This document shows, one piece after another, positions 9,046-19,186 of a stretch of DNA of 64,000 nucleotides (the first letter of the stretch is position 1; each line of letters opens with the position of its first letter). A program made the position numbers and the translations under genes. This DNA comes from Candidatus Poribacteria bacterium (GTDB lineage Bacteria; Poribacteria; WGA-4E; PCPOR2b), in contig OZ244825.1 of assembly GCA_965220385.1 (NCBI GenBank), positions 323,143 to 387,142 of the forward strand, read 5' to 3'. The notes under the pieces were generated by a model. It was not told the DNA's origin, did no database searches, and was given only the letters and a program-made list of their open reading frames with translations.

Positions 9046-10068
9046 TTGAGACCAAGAAGCATGGAAAGCAGAAAACTACATTCCTGCGCTCTCTCAGCCA
9101 ATTTCCCTTTTCCTATTGTCCAACGCCCCGCTTTTTCTAAGTTGTGGATCTTTCTATTTCTGGTTGCATTGAGTCTACAGACGACCGCGGGGATGGCAGC
9201 GAAATCACCCTATGACACCATCGAGCAAGCTGCGTCGTATATTCTCAAACATCAGAACGATGATGGCGGTTGGCCCCTCATACCGGGCGGAGAGAGTGAT
9301 ATTGAAGTTACGGCATTGGCAATGCAGGCACTGATGCTAAAAGACCAAGGCTCGGGGTCAGGTGTCATCCGTCGAGGAGTTAGCTATTTAGTAAAACATC
9401 AGAAATCCGACGGAAGTTGGAACGGAAATGTCGCTCATACTATTTTTGCCGCTATTGCACTAAAGCGAGCCGAAGCAGTAGAATATTGGGAAGCCCACTT
9501 TAACGCGCTCAAATGGCTCGAGGATGCCCAGAAGGAAGACGGAAGTTGGGGCCGTGAAATCCGTCAACCTGGCAATCCTCTCTATACAGGGGCTGTTTTA
9601 ACGGGGTTTGGACTGCTTGACTTTGACCGGGAGTCTGAACTTGTCACCAAAGCTGCCGATTGGCTTGCTGGTCGCATCAATTACGATGGCGGGTGGTCAA
9701 TGGAACCGGGGGCGCGGTCTAATGTTCTTGTAACGTCGTGGGTGTTGCAGGGATTATCGATTGCCTATAATATTGATGAGCAACTTGTGTGGCTAAAGCA
9801 GATGCAAAATGATGATGGTGGGTTTGGTATGTGGAAAGGTGCGCCTAGTGACCCGGAAATCACCGCCTATGCGGTTCTCGCGTTGGTGATCGGGGAGGAT
9901 CCATTGAACGCGGATCAGGTCGCGCTAGGATATTTGAGGGAGGTGCAAGGGGAAGATGGAAGTTTCGTCAGTGCGACGCCCATTGAACTAAAACAGCCAA
10001 CGGCGAATTTACAAACCACCTGCTTTGCGCTATGGGCGATATATGCAGAAAGAATCAAAGGCAAATAA
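9046..10068 (+). CDS. Secreted prenyltransferase/squalene-oxidase-repeat protein (terpene-cyclase-like alpha/alpha toroid repeats)
   Basis: Six repeats of the QxxxDGGW/DGSW type (DDGGWPLIPGG, SDGSWNGN, EDGSWGRE, YDGGWSMEPG, DDGGFGMWKG, EDGSFVSA). Hydrophobic signal-like N-terminus. Confidence 0.65.
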   Translation: MRPRSMESRKLHSCALSANFPFPIVQRPAFSKLWIFLFLVALSLQTTAGMAAKSPYDTIEQAASYILKHQNDDGGWPLIPGGESDIEVTALAMQALMLKDQGSGSGVIRRGVSYLVKHQKSDGSWNGNVAHTIFAAIALKRAEAVEYWEAHFNALKWLEDAQKEDGSWGREIRQPGNPLYTGAVLTGFGLLDFDRESELVTKAADWLAGRINYDGGWSMEPGARSNVLVTSWVLQGLSIAYNIDEQLVWLKQMQNDDGGFGMWKGAPSDPEITAYAVLALVIGEDPLNADQVALGYLREVQGEDGSFVSATPIELKQPTANLQTTCFALWAIYAERIKGK

Positions 10069-10118
10069 TACTGAATTAGGTTTACTGTTTTCAATAAATT
10101 AGAGAGAAGGAGAAGTAA

Positions 10119-10892
10119 ATGCCGCAAATCAACTTTATGAACGAACTGGGGATCGCGATGGTTGTTCTCGTGATAGCGATGCTGACTTCTGTGCGGATCC
10201 TCAAGGAATATGAACGGGCAGTTGTCTTCCGGTTGGGACGCTTGACCGGGGCAAGGGGACCCGGATTCGTGTTACTCATACCCTTCTGGATTGAACGGAT
10301 GCAGCGTGTGAGTCTTCGAACTGTCGTACAGGACGTGACGCCGCAGGATGTAATTACCAAGGACAACGTCTCGGTAAGTGTGAACGCTGTTTTAACCTTC
10401 CGAATCGTGGACGCATCAAAGGCAGTGGTCGAAGTCGAAGATTTTGGGTTCGCAATCAGTCAATTGGCGCAAACAACGCTCCGAAGTGTGCTTGGAAGCG
10501 CAGAACTTGATGATCTCTTGTCCGAGCGCGAAAAACTGAATGAAGAGTTGGAAGAAATTATCCAAAGGAACAGCGAAACGTGGGGCATCAGCGTCATCGC
10601 TATGGAAATTAAGCATGTAGATCTCCCGGCAGAAATGCAACGCGCGATGGCGAAACAAGCGGAAGCCGAGCGGGAACGTCGGGCTAAATTTACCCACGCT
10701 ACAGGAGAGTTGGAATCGTCCGAAGCCTTAACGGAAGCCGCAACCACTTTAAGCAGAAATCCGATCGGTATCCAACTGCGTTACCTACAAGCCCTGATTG
10801 AAGTTGCAGCCGAGAAAAACTCAACACTCGTTTTCCCGATACCGGTAGATCTGTTGAGTTCATTTATTAACCAAGGAAGCAAAACGGATTAA
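10119..10892 (+). CDS. SPFH/band-7 (stomatin-prohibitin-like) membrane protein
   Basis: N-terminal TM helix. Stomatin-like core ([17 protein letters not shown]...[30 protein letters not shown]). Coiled-coil EAERERRAK region. Strong GGAGAAG RBS. Confidence 0.85.
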   Translation: MPQINFMNELGIAMVVLVIAMLTSVRILKEYERAVVFRLGRLTGARGPGFVLLIPFWIERMQRVSLRTVVQDVTPQDVITKDNVSVSVNAVLTFRIVDASKAVVEVEDFGFAISQLAQTTLRSVLGSAELDDLLSEREKLNEELEEIIQRNSETWGISVIAMEIKHVDLPAEMQRAMAKQAEAERERRAKFTHATGELESSEALTEAATTLSRNPIGIQLRYLQALIEVAAEKNSTLVFPIPVDLLSSFINQGSKTD

Positions 10893-10922
10893 CAGATGCT
10901 AAGGAGTAGTTGTTATCAGTTT

Positions 10923-10946
10923 GTAGGTCGAGATTCACATCTCGAC
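10923..10946. repeat. REP-like hairpin element family A, copy 2
   Basis: GTAGGTCGAGATTCACATCTCGAC, one mismatch to copy 1. Intergenic, after the SPFH gene. Confidence 0.8.
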
Positions 10947-11037
10947 CCTCCAATGCAGGAGCGGGGGCTGCACTCAATGATATCAGGATCTCGTTCGCGC
11001 CCAGAATGCGTGGGTTGTCAGAATCAACCTGCGACGG

Positions 11038-12390
11038 TTAATGCCCCAGCCCATTTCCTGTTAGAACATGAGTGCCAACTGTCCCATCAGTGATATTAAA
11101 AACTGATGGGAATTTATCCTTCCACGCCTCGTTTGCAATAGGACAGAACTGGCGAGCATTACCCTCAATGGCAGTAACTCGCGGCACCCGTGCAGCTAAT
11201 CCCGCGGAGTGCAGGAATGAAGCCCCCGGACAGGTCAGATCCTGTACCGCCAAGAACATATCATATTCAATCGCCGCAGCCCCCATCAGCAACGCTTGAG
11301 ATTGACCCTTACACGCCTTGAGCGCGACTCCAGAATAGCCCTGTTCCCGTGCGAGTTGAAAAGTTTCAAAGTCGGTCAGCGACTCATCAATGACGACCGG
11401 CTTAATCTCCGCTGCGCGGTGCATTCTGTTCTCAGGATGCGCCTTGAGATCTCGATCGGTCGGCTGCTCAATATACGCTAACCTTTCAAAGGCGTGTCCT
11501 TCACCCTCCTGAATCTTGTGCAGAAATGCCAACAGATACTCAACATCTTGGCACGTCTCGTTGAAGTCCGCGGAGTAGTACCACTCACTCACGCCCTGCT
11601 TTGACTGTGTTTCGGCGGTGACTTCCTCAATCGAGAGCAACCGTTGCACATCCCAATCCAGATCGTCGCCATTCAACTTAATTTTTAGATGCGTCAAGCC
11701 ATCTGCGACAATCCACTCCGGCAACGTCTCCGGCAGACCGTCATCAAGACGGTTCGGCAGATCTGCGTCGGTCAGTGGGTCCAGCGCACCAACCAAATGG
11801 TAGAGCGGCATCTGTGGTTTCGGTTTTCGTAGCGTATATTGGTCAAGATATTTACCAGCGAATTTTTCATTGAGGTAGTGTGAAAGGTCGTGACTCATGA
11901 ACTCTTCACTGAGCCCGTCGTAGCTGTTGATCCCGTTTGCTTTGCCAAACCCGTCGTGGATCGCTGCGTCAATAGGGCTTCCTGTAACCGCTGTACAAAG
12001 CTTCGGAATGGGTACGGTGAGCTGCATCTCCGCAGAGAGATCGGCCGCGATTCGCAGGAATTCTGTTTCAAGCGCCTCGGAGAGATCTACAGGGTGGGCG
12101 CACAGATTGCACCCGCGTGTGGCTTCAACCAGCAGTTCTGAGAGACGCTTCATCGCCTCAAGGCTCTGGTCATAGGGGACGTAACGCGGTGGAAACGCCC
12201 ACACATTGCTAAGCGTCATAGACCCCAAACCTGCTGCCTCTTTCCCGTCGCGTGTCTGCACCTGTACTTGCACATTCAATAGTCCGCAATTGTCTATTGG
12301 GACACCACCGAACTTGAGTGGAGTGCGGTATTGGTACTCCTCGAAATCATAGCTCACATCCAGAATCCGAATGTCCGTCTCTTTGGACAT
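11038..12390 (-). CDS. Enolase-superfamily enzyme (mandelate racemase / muconate lactonizing enzyme-like)
   Basis: Barrel-domain signature residues in order: KxK (LKIKLNG), metal ligands DFNE, IEQP and IDES. About 450 aa with an N-terminal capping domain. Confidence 0.65.
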   Translation of the reverse strand: MSKETDIRILDVSYDFEEYQYRTPLKFGGVPIDNCGLLNVQVQVQTRDGKEAAGLGSMTLSNVWAFPPRYVPYDQSLEAMKRLSELLVEATRGCNLCAHPVDLSEALETEFLRIAADLSAEMQLTVPIPKLCTAVTGSPIDAAIHDGFGKANGINSYDGLSEEFMSHDLSHYLNEKFAGKYLDQYTLRKPKPQMPLYHLVGALDPLTDADLPNRLDDGLPETLPEWIVADGLTHLKIKLNGDDLDWDVQRLLSIEEVTAETQSKQGVSEWYYSADFNETCQDVEYLLAFLHKIQEGEGHAFERLAYIEQPTDRDLKAHPENRMHRAAEIKPVVIDESLTDFETFQLAREQGYSGVALKACKGQSQALLMGAAAIEYDMFLAVQDLTCPGASFLHSAGLAARVPRVTAIEGNARQFCPIANEAWKDKFPSVFNITDGTVGTHVLTGNGLGH

Positions 12391-12458
12391 AAACCCTTCT
12401 CCTAAATAGAATTAAGATAGTTCAAATTGCTATATATTGAAAATCTATCAGTTTGCCC

Positions 12459-12483
12459 GTAGGGGCGAGGTTCTCTCGCCTAC
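12459..12483. repeat. REP-like hairpin element, family B (GTAGGGGCGAGGTTCYCTCGCC)
   Basis: Copies at 12459-12483 and 36234-36256. GGCGAGG/CCTCGCC stem. GTAG head. Confidence 0.7.
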
Positions 12484-12656
12484 CGAGCACTTTCTAATCC
12501 AGTTTTTCTGAACCTCTATATCTGTAGAGGATATCATTACGATGAACCCGTATAGCCCCGTCATTTCCCTACACGCCCAAGCCCCAGAGGGGCGACATGT
12601 GTTTTTGGTCCATTGTCTGATGCTTGCAGCGCTTCGTCAATTGGAAAGAGTAGCCT

Positions 12657-12680
12657 GTAGATCGAGATTCATATCTCGAC
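12657..12680. repeat. REP-like hairpin element family A, copy 3
   Basis: GTAGATCGAGATTCATATCTCGAC, intergenic. Confidence 0.8.
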
Positions 12681-12699
12681 AAAAAGCGGCAATTACTCC

Positions 12700-12790
12700 A
12701 ATGAACCAATGTACTTCTTACGCATTACGTTTCACGTTTTACTATTAATGAACCCATGGACTAATACACTAATGAACCAACATCTACCTC
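12700..12790 (+). repeat. Composite repeat: AATGAACC(A) modules plus a TTTCACG heptads unit. Related to 14236-14300.
   Basis: CCAATGAACCAATG...CGCATTACGTTTCACGTTTTACT...TAATGAACCCATGGACTAATACACTAATGAACCAA. Confidence 0.65.
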
Positions 12791-14016
12791 AAATCCAAAC
12801 AGACCATCTCCTTCTGGGTTCGGAGATAAAGTTTCCCACCAGCCAATGTTGGCACGGTCCAACACTTATCATCGAACAACTGAAAAAGAGCCTTTTCTCT
12901 ATATTCGTCAGGGGTCGCTTCAGCTAATGCCAACTTTCCGCCCTCGCCAAGGATGATCAAGCAGCCATCCGCAAGCAGCAGCGAACCTTTCCCAAAGCCA
13001 CGGTGTCGCCACTGTTCCTCGCCCGTGTTCACCTCAATGCACGTTAAGATGGCATTGTCGAATCCGTACAGATATTCGCCCTGAAGCACCGATGAGTTGA
13101 AATGGTTTTTCATCACACGGCTCTTCCATACCTCTTCAATCCCTATTCCATCTCCATCGGCTATCATTCTGAGGAGCACGGCTCCCTTATCATAGGAAGC
13201 GGAGATAAAGATTTTATCGCCAGGGATGAAAACCGGTGTGGCGATATTGATCCCCTCTGGCCAAGCGTATTTCCAGTAAACCTGCCCGTTCTCTGGCGCC
13301 ACGGAGACGAGCGTCTTCGACGTTAGGAAAATGATTTGCCGAACTCCACCAAAATCGATAGAAATGGGTGATGAATACCCCACCGCGTCTGTGTGGGTTG
13401 CCCATACAACATCGCCGCTCTCTTTATCGAACGCGACAATCGCTCGCTCATCTTTCCCGCCAGCTTCAGCTATAACTAGATTTCCTTCGATTATAGGCGA
13501 TGAAGAGAAGCCCCAAGTCGGTATGCTGCTGCCGAACTCCTCTACGAAATTGTGTGACCATATCTTCGTCCCGCTGCGAGCGTCTAAAGCATAGAGTTTC
13601 CCTTCCGCCCCCAGCGCAAACACCGAATCACCATCAACAGTCGGCATAGAGCGGGGACCATCACCGCGTTGCTCAGTAAATTTTCCACCCGACTGAAATC
13701 GCCAGATCTCCTTACCGTCGGACGCATCCAGACAAATTACAAACTCATCATTCCCTTCAGCAAACATCGTGTAAGCTTTTCCCTGAGCGATAGAGATACC
13801 AGAGTAGCCATCCCCAAGCGGGATGTGCCACAACACTTCAGGACCTGCTTCGGGCCAGTTTTTGATAAATCCGGTTTCAGATGAAATTCCATCGCGATTG
13901 GGTCCCCGCCATTGCGGCCAATCTGCGTCAGCGCCCAATACGCTGCCAACCAAAAACCAAGCCCCAAATAACGCGACAGCGCATCTTCTAAGCGAGACAT
14001 AAACTCTATTTTCCAT
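12784..14016 (-). CDS. PQQ-repeat beta-propeller protein with signal peptide (BamB-like fold), paralogue family member
   Basis: N-terminal signal. WPQWRGPNRDGISSETG motif. Repeated hydrophobic-W beta-propeller blades. Close paralogue of 14336..15613. Confidence 0.8.
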   Translation of the reverse strand: MENRVYVSLRRCAVALFGAWFLVGSVLGADADWPQWRGPNRDGISSETGFIKNWPEAGPEVLWHIPLGDGYSGISIAQGKAYTMFAEGNDEFVICLDASDGKEIWRFQSGGKFTEQRGDGPRSMPTVDGDSVFALGAEGKLYALDARSGTKIWSHNFVEEFGSSIPTWGFSSSPIIEGNLVIAEAGGKDERAIVAFDKESGDVVWATHTDAVGYSSPISIDFGGVRQIIFLTSKTLVSVAPENGQVYWKYAWPEGINIATPVFIPGDKIFISASYDKGAVLLRMIADGDGIGIEEVWKSRVMKNHFNSSVLQGEYLYGFDNAILTCIEVNTGEEQWRHRGFGKGSLLLADGCLIILGEGGKLALAEATPDEYREKALFQLFDDKCWTVPTLAGGKLYLRTQKEMVCLDLR

Positions 14017-14048
14017 TGTTATATAAATCTCCTTGACATAATATAAGG

Positions 14049-14189
14049 TTAGGACTTACGCAGTTAAACGGTCAAAGCCCTGTAGTTCGGCGATTCATCG
14101 CCGCAGAACACTGTTCCCCAAGCCCGTTTCTTAATCCCGATACATCGGGATTAAGAAACGGGCAACTATAATCGCAATGCGTAAGTCCT
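14049..14189. mobile_element. MITE-like element: 12-bp perfect terminal inverted repeats (AGGACTTACGCA ... TGCGTAAGTCCT) flanking ~117 bp that contain a 19-bp perfect palindrome
   Basis: Left TIR 14049-14060, right TIR 14178-14189. Internal palindrome CCCGTTTCTTAATCCCGAT-AC-ATCGGGATTAAGAAACGGG at 14123-14162. Second small hairpin CGGCGATTCATCGCCG. No ORF. Confidence 0.5.
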
Positions 14190-14235
14190 GAGGTATTTCT
14201 TAGGCTCATGTTAAGAAACCGGGCACAGGTTAGTT

Positions 14236-14300
14236 TCCAATGAACTAATGAACCCATGAACCAATCATTTTCACGTTTCACGCATCACGTTTCACGCACT
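14236..14300 (+). repeat. Composite repeat: AATGAAC modules plus TTTCACG heptads
   Basis: CCAATGAACTAATGAACCCATGAACCAATCATTTTCACGTTTCACGCATCACGTTTCACGCACT. Confidence 0.65.
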
Positions 14301-14335
14301 TGGCGTTTTACACTTTTTTCGAGATGAGCCATTTT

Positions 14336-15613
14336 TTAATGTCTTCCTGCCATGTCTAAACAGACAATCTCCTCTTCATTTCGTAGGTAAAGTCTGCCAT
14401 CCGCGAGGGTCGGCGCAGTCCAACACAGTCCACTCAGCACTTTCGCGCTTACCTTCTCTATGTATCCTGCGGGCGTCGCTTCAGCTAATCCTAACTTGCC
14501 GCGGTCGCTGAGAATAATCAAGTGACCGTCAGCAAGTAGCACCGTCCCCTTTCCGAATCCACGGGTCTTCCACTGTTCCTCACCGGTGTCTGCCTCAATA
14601 CACTTTAAGATAGAGTTGTCGAAGCCATACAAGTAATTTTCGTGAAGCACTGATGAAGAAAACTGGTTCTTCATCTTGCGATTTTTCCAAAGCTCTCTAA
14701 TCCTTACTTTGCCTTGGTTTTCCTTAATTTGCGCCACCGCAGCCCGATCATCATCGTGCGAAATAAAAACTCGCATCTGTAGCACAGCAGCACCCTTATC
14801 GTACCCGGAAGAGATAAAGACTTTATCCGGCGGGATAAAGACTGGCGTTGCAGCGTTGACATCGTAGCCGGTCTTCCAAGGATACTGCCAGTAAATTGTT
14901 CCATCGGTTGGAGAGACAGAAACCAGTTTAGTTCCTGTAAAACAGATGATTTGTCGAATCCCCTTGACCGTGATGGCGATAGGCGACGAGTATCCGAGTT
15001 TGTCTTTATGGGAACTCCATATCACATCGCCGCTGCTTTTATTAAAGGCAACGATAGATTTTTCACCTTTCCCACCAACTTCAACCAGAAGCAGCTCCCC
15101 ATCAACCAATGGCGATGTGCTGAACCCCCACCTCGGCATTTTGCTGCCGAATTTTCGCTGCAAATCATGTGACCAGACCTTTTCCCCGTTCCCTGCGTTC
15201 AAGGCATACAGCTTGCCGTGGGCGCTAATTGTGAACAGGAGATCCCCGTCAATCGTCGGCGTTGCACGAGGTCCATTACCACCCTGGCCTTCATGGTAGT
15301 TGTCATCCGATCGGAAACGCCAGATCTCCCCTCCATCCGTAGCATTGAGGCAGACAACAAACTCATCGTTCCCTTTGGAGAACATCGTATAGACGCGTCC
15401 CTGAGAAACAGAGATGCCCGAAAATCCCTCTCCAAGTGAGACCTTCCAGAGCATCTTGGGACCACCCGCAGCCCACTCCTTAAGTATCCCTATTTCACTG
15501 GACACCCCATCGCGATTGGGACCCCGCCATTGGGGCCATTCCGTCGCGCTAGCCGTTAAAATAGCGCCGCACAGCAACGCGGATACAACCAAAAAAACTA
15601 TAACCTTTCTCAT
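14336..15613 (-). CDS. PQQ-repeat beta-propeller protein with signal peptide, paralogue of 12784..14016
   Basis: EWPQWRGPNRDGVSSEIG motif. Overall collinear similarity to the neighbouring paralogue. Confidence 0.8.
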   Translation of the reverse strand: MRKVIVFLVVSALLCGAILTASATEWPQWRGPNRDGVSSEIGILKEWAAGGPKMLWKVSLGEGFSGISVSQGRVYTMFSKGNDEFVVCLNATDGGEIWRFRSDDNYHEGQGGNGPRATPTIDGDLLFTISAHGKLYALNAGNGEKVWSHDLQRKFGSKMPRWGFSTSPLVDGELLLVEVGGKGEKSIVAFNKSSGDVIWSSHKDKLGYSSPIAITVKGIRQIICFTGTKLVSVSPTDGTIYWQYPWKTGYDVNAATPVFIPPDKVFISSGYDKGAAVLQMRVFISHDDDRAAVAQIKENQGKVRIRELWKNRKMKNQFSSSVLHENYLYGFDNSILKCIEADTGEEQWKTRGFGKGTVLLADGHLIILSDRGKLGLAEATPAGYIEKVSAKVLSGLCWTAPTLADGRLYLRNEEEIVCLDMAGRH

Positions 15614-15641
15614 GATAACCTCACATTTTCAAAATTTATAT

Positions 15642-18137
15642 TTATTGTTTTTCATCTGCCACCCCGTGTTCTTGGCAATGGGCACGGATGATGGGCAAAA
15701 AGATATCAGCATATTTCTGAATTTTCGCAATACCGACACCGTGAATCCCCGTGAACGATTCTATCGATTGCGGGAGGCGGGCAGCCATTTCTTTCAACGT
15801 CCTGTCGTGAAAAACAACGTACGACGGCACCTGTTCCGCTTCCGATAACTCCTTGCGTGTAGCGCGGAGTTGCTCAAGAAGTTCAGGGCTGTATTCGTTC
15901 AATTCATCGGAGGTTACAGCGTAGCTGTTCGAATCTTCTGCTATCTGATTTGCCGAATGCACTGACATCCCTTGGAATTGTTCATTACTTCTGAGCACCG
16001 CCCAACCTTCCTGCGTCAAACGAATACTCCCATGTTCCGAATCCCTTTTAAGTAGCCCGTGTTGGAGGAACTGTAACGATAGACGTTTCCACTGTTCTTT
16101 GCTGTACTCCTTGCCAATGCCGTAGACAGAGAGTTGATCTGCACCGTTCTGAATAACTTTTTTCGCTTTCGATCCGCGCAAAACATCGATAATGTACGTT
16201 TCCCCAAAAATCTGCCGTGTCCTAACAACACATGATAGAAATTTTTGGGCGGGCACCGTCAGGTCGACCAGCTCCATCTCTGTTTGACAGCAATTGTCGC
16301 ACATCCCACAATTTGGCTTCTCATAACGATCTCCGAAATAAGCCAATAATCCTTTGCGGCGACACGCTGTAGAAGCTGCCCAATCAACAAGGGTCTCTAA
16401 TCGTTGCAATGCTCCCTCTCGCTCAGATAACGCACCTTGATCTATGAAATATTTGATAGTGTCTACATCGCCATAGCTAAAAAGTAACAGGCAATCCGCT
16501 TGAAGGCCATCCCGGCCGGCGCGCCCAATCTCTTGGTAGTAGGATTCAGGTTCCTTCGGCAAACCCGCATGGAGCACGAAGCGCACATCCTCTTTATCAA
16601 TTCCCATACCGAACGCAATTGTTGCGACTATCACCCGAGTGTCATCGTTGATGAAAGCTTCCTGATTTTGCTTGCGGGTTTCGCTATCCAAGTCTGCGTG
16701 ATAGGGGAGAGCCGAGATCCCATTTTCAACTAATTCATGACATAGCGACTCAACCTGTTTCTTCGTCTGACAGTAGATGATGCCGCAGTCATCACGGTGG
16801 GTATCAAGAAACTCCAATGTTTGCTTGGATAAATCAAGCTTCGGTTCAACGGTGATGAAAAGATTTTCTCTGTCAAAACTGGCAATGAATTCGTTGTCCG
16901 CCTGAATCTTAAGCGATTGTTTGATGTCCTGTTGGACCCGTGGTGTTGCTGTAGCCGTCAGCGCGACGCAAACGGCGTTCGCAAATCGCTCTCGAACAGA
17001 AACTAGTTGTCGATACTCCGGACGAAAATCGTGACCCCATTGTGAAATGCAGTGCGCTTCATCGATCGCAAGGCATGCCACATTCGATTCATCGAGCATC
17101 AACAGGATTTCAGGTCGCATGAGCGTCTCAGGGGCAACGTAAAGTAAGGTAATCTCACCCCGTCTGACACGTTGCATCGTGGCAACATATTCTGAGTTAC
17201 TGAGGGTGCTGTTGAGACAAACAGCACGAATACCCCGCCCCTGCAGCTGCATCACCTGGTCCTGCATCAGCGAAATCAGCGGAGATACAACGACGGTTAC
17301 GCGATCGAAAATAAGGGCGGGCAGTTGGTAACAGAGTGACTTCCCACCGCCCGTCGGCAGAACAATCAACGCATCGTAGCGGTTAAGGAGGTGATGGATG
17401 ATTTCTGCTTGCAACGGCCGGAACTGTTCATACCCGAAAACGTTCTTGAGCACCGCTAACGGTGTCTGAAGATATGTTTGAGGCGGGAGGGATTCTGTCT
17501 CAATGGCACGTTTGGATTCGTCTGGGAGAAGCCAGCCGGAAAGTTGTGCGTAACAGCATTCTTCTGCGTCCGGCGTATCTTTCGGTCGCCACCAATGCGC
17601 CAGTGAAACACGTAAGAGCGTGCCTGCCGGAATGACTTCAAGCGGCTCTTGGAAGCCGACGAAGGTGAGTGTGTGACCACCATTTTCGGTGGGATAGCGA
17701 TACCGCACACGCTTCCCTTCCGTATCACGAATAAGCGGCTGATCCGGTCGCCAGAACGTCGTGCTGTAGGGTGGAACACCGCTCTGCTTGGCGATATAGA
17801 GCGCGCCACTCTCTGTGGACTGCAGCAAACCTTCGTACAAAACGGTTGGATCTCCGACTTTCGGTGGTATCAACAGTTCGACAGCACCCTCCAGCTCCCC
17901 TGTGTTGAGAAGATGCCGTTTTTCATATACTACAATATTTTCGTTATGCGGCGGAATCAGAGACGCTGCCGGTTTAGAGGAAATCTCCCAAACATCTCCG
18001 ACCTCATATTCTCGATTTGCGCCGTCATGTGGATCTTCGTTGAACGGTATGAGCCGAACGCTTTCACCATTTTCTGTAATTGCGCCTATACACGCGCCGC
18101 CACCCATTCGAGTTTTAGCGACAATCAAGACTTTCAT
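15642..18137 (-). CDS. recQ: ATP-dependent DNA helicase RecQ with an unusual ~215 aa N-terminal extension of unknown function
   Basis: RecQ motifs: FGYEQFRPLQAEII, LPTGGGKSLCYQLPAL, DEAHCISQWGHDFRPEY. Zn-binding CxxC cluster (CRRKGLLAYFGD...CGMCDNC). C-terminal HRDC-like region. Residues 1-215 have no recognisable helicase motifs. The start overlaps the stop of the upstream DUF488 gene (ATGA). Confidence 0.9.
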   Translation of the reverse strand: MKVLIVAKTRMGGGACIGAITENGESVRLIPFNEDPHDGANREYEVGDVWEISSKPAASLIPPHNENIVVYEKRHLLNTGELEGAVELLIPPKVGDPTVLYEGLLQSTESGALYIAKQSGVPPYSTTFWRPDQPLIRDTEGKRVRYRYPTENGGHTLTFVGFQEPLEVIPAGTLLRVSLAHWWRPKDTPDAEECCYAQLSGWLLPDESKRAIETESLPPQTYLQTPLAVLKNVFGYEQFRPLQAEIIHHLLNRYDALIVLPTGGGKSLCYQLPALIFDRVTVVVSPLISLMQDQVMQLQGRGIRAVCLNSTLSNSEYVATMQRVRRGEITLLYVAPETLMRPEILLMLDESNVACLAIDEAHCISQWGHDFRPEYRQLVSVRERFANAVCVALTATATPRVQQDIKQSLKIQADNEFIASFDRENLFITVEPKLDLSKQTLEFLDTHRDDCGIIYCQTKKQVESLCHELVENGISALPYHADLDSETRKQNQEAFINDDTRVIVATIAFGMGIDKEDVRFVLHAGLPKEPESYYQEIGRAGRDGLQADCLLLFSYGDVDTIKYFIDQGALSEREGALQRLETLVDWAASTACRRKGLLAYFGDRYEKPNCGMCDNCCQTEMELVDLTVPAQKFLSCVVRTRQIFGETYIIDVLRGSKAKKVIQNGADQLSVYGIGKEYSKEQWKRLSLQFLQHGLLKRDSEHGSIRLTQEGWAVLRSNEQFQGMSVHSANQIAEDSNSYAVTSDELNEYSPELLEQLRATRKELSEAEQVPSYVVFHDRTLKEMAARLPQSIESFTGIHGVGIAKIQKYADIFLPIIRAHCQEHGVADEKQ

Positions 18138-18622
18138 GGTAGGATGTTCTCAACTTCCAATTTGAGTTCTTTTGCCAGTGTCTCTGCTACCAATGAGCGA
18201 TGGCATGCTTCAGGAGCTTTTTCAACACAAAAGAGAGCCACAACCTGTGCGTCCTCTTCAAGATCCTCCAGCAGGCTGTGTGAATCAAACGCTGCGAGGC
18301 ATTCAGTTCGATACGCTGTAATGAATTCCTCCCCCAATACAGTGCGTTTGCGTTTGGCAGTTTTTGTCGCTTTATCTGCTGCCGCTTGCCTGTCGCGAAC
18401 CCCTTGCGTTGGCGCAAGGTCCTTGCGATAGAGGTAGCGGATCCCGAGTTCCGCCAGCCGTTCCTGCAACCGCAGGCTGTTCGCGAACGCGTAAGTCGAA
18501 CCTCGCACCCCTCGTCGACTGCGAATATCACAGAAGGTATCCACCTTTGCCTTGCACAAAGCCTGAAAAAAGCTGTCTTCATCAAACCCGTATACACCGA
18601 TGGTGACAATTTTAGGTTTCAT
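18134..18622 (-). CDS. DUF488-family protein (paralogue 2)
   Basis: IVTIGVYGFDEDSFFQAL...DIRSRRGV pattern typical of DUF488 (IxTIGYG...F...L....I..LxDVR). Translationally coupled to recQ. Confidence 0.6.
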   Translation of the reverse strand: MKPKIVTIGVYGFDEDSFFQALCKAKVDTFCDIRSRRGVRGSTYAFANSLRLQERLAELGIRYLYRKDLAPTQGVRDRQAAADKATKTAKRKRTVLGEEFITAYRTECLAAFDSHSLLEDLEEDAQVVALFCVEKAPEACHRSLVAETLAKELKLEVENILP

Positions 18623-18628
18623 CGTGAA

Positions 18629-19186
18629 TTACCGGTACTGCTTGCGCGAGTGGAATGTGTCTTCACCAAACAGTCGCATCTGTCCCCCTGTCAACCTGTC
18701 AATGACTTTTTCTTGGGTCTGCTGTTCATCATTTTCGTCAATGTGAGTCACGAGGATGTCTTGTGCATCAAGCGATGCTCCGATGAGTTTACTTCGGTGG
18801 CACTGCTCCGGCTTTCCCTCGCTACACATGAGCGCAACGCATTGCTGTTGAGCGAAGGCAGTTTGAAGGCGTGCAACCCCGTTCTGGTAGATTTTGGTGT
18901 CTTTTACCTTTTCGTAGTCCACCTGTCCTTCTTCATCGTAACAGGTTTCGTCATCGGGGTGTCCACCCAACGTATCGCCCATGAACACATACCGAATTCC
19001 GTACCTTTCCAATTCCGCTGCCAACGCTTCTTTGGAAAATTCAGGTTTATAGCGAGAATAAGGGGCTGAGCGCACGTCGATGAGATAGGCAATCTCATGT
19101 TGTTGAAGGGTTTCGATGAATTCCTCAATTGAACGGCTACCGTAACCGATAGTATAGATGGGGATGGGATCTTGCAAGTTTTCCAT
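18629..19186 (-). CDS. DUF488-family protein (paralogue 1)
   Basis: IYTIGYGSRSIEEFIETLQQHEIAYLIDVRSAPYSRYKPEFSKEAL matches the DUF488 core. Lies 6 nt upstream of the second paralogue. Confidence 0.6.
   Translation of the reverse strand: MENLQDPIPIYTIGYGSRSIEEFIETLQQHEIAYLIDVRSAPYSRYKPEFSKEALAAELERYGIRYVFMGDTLGGHPDDETCYDEEGQVDYEKVKDTKIYQNGVARLQTAFAQQQCVALMCSEGKPEQCHRSKLIGASLDAQDILVTHIDENDEQQTQEKVIDRLTGGQMRLFGEDTFHSRKQYR

Noticed and set aside
17649-19069. Plus-strand ORFs of 260 and 227 aa overlapping recQ and the DUF488 genes
   Set aside because: They are antisense to well-supported genes with clear domain signatures. Their translations lack motifs and are Arg/Ser/Cys-rich.
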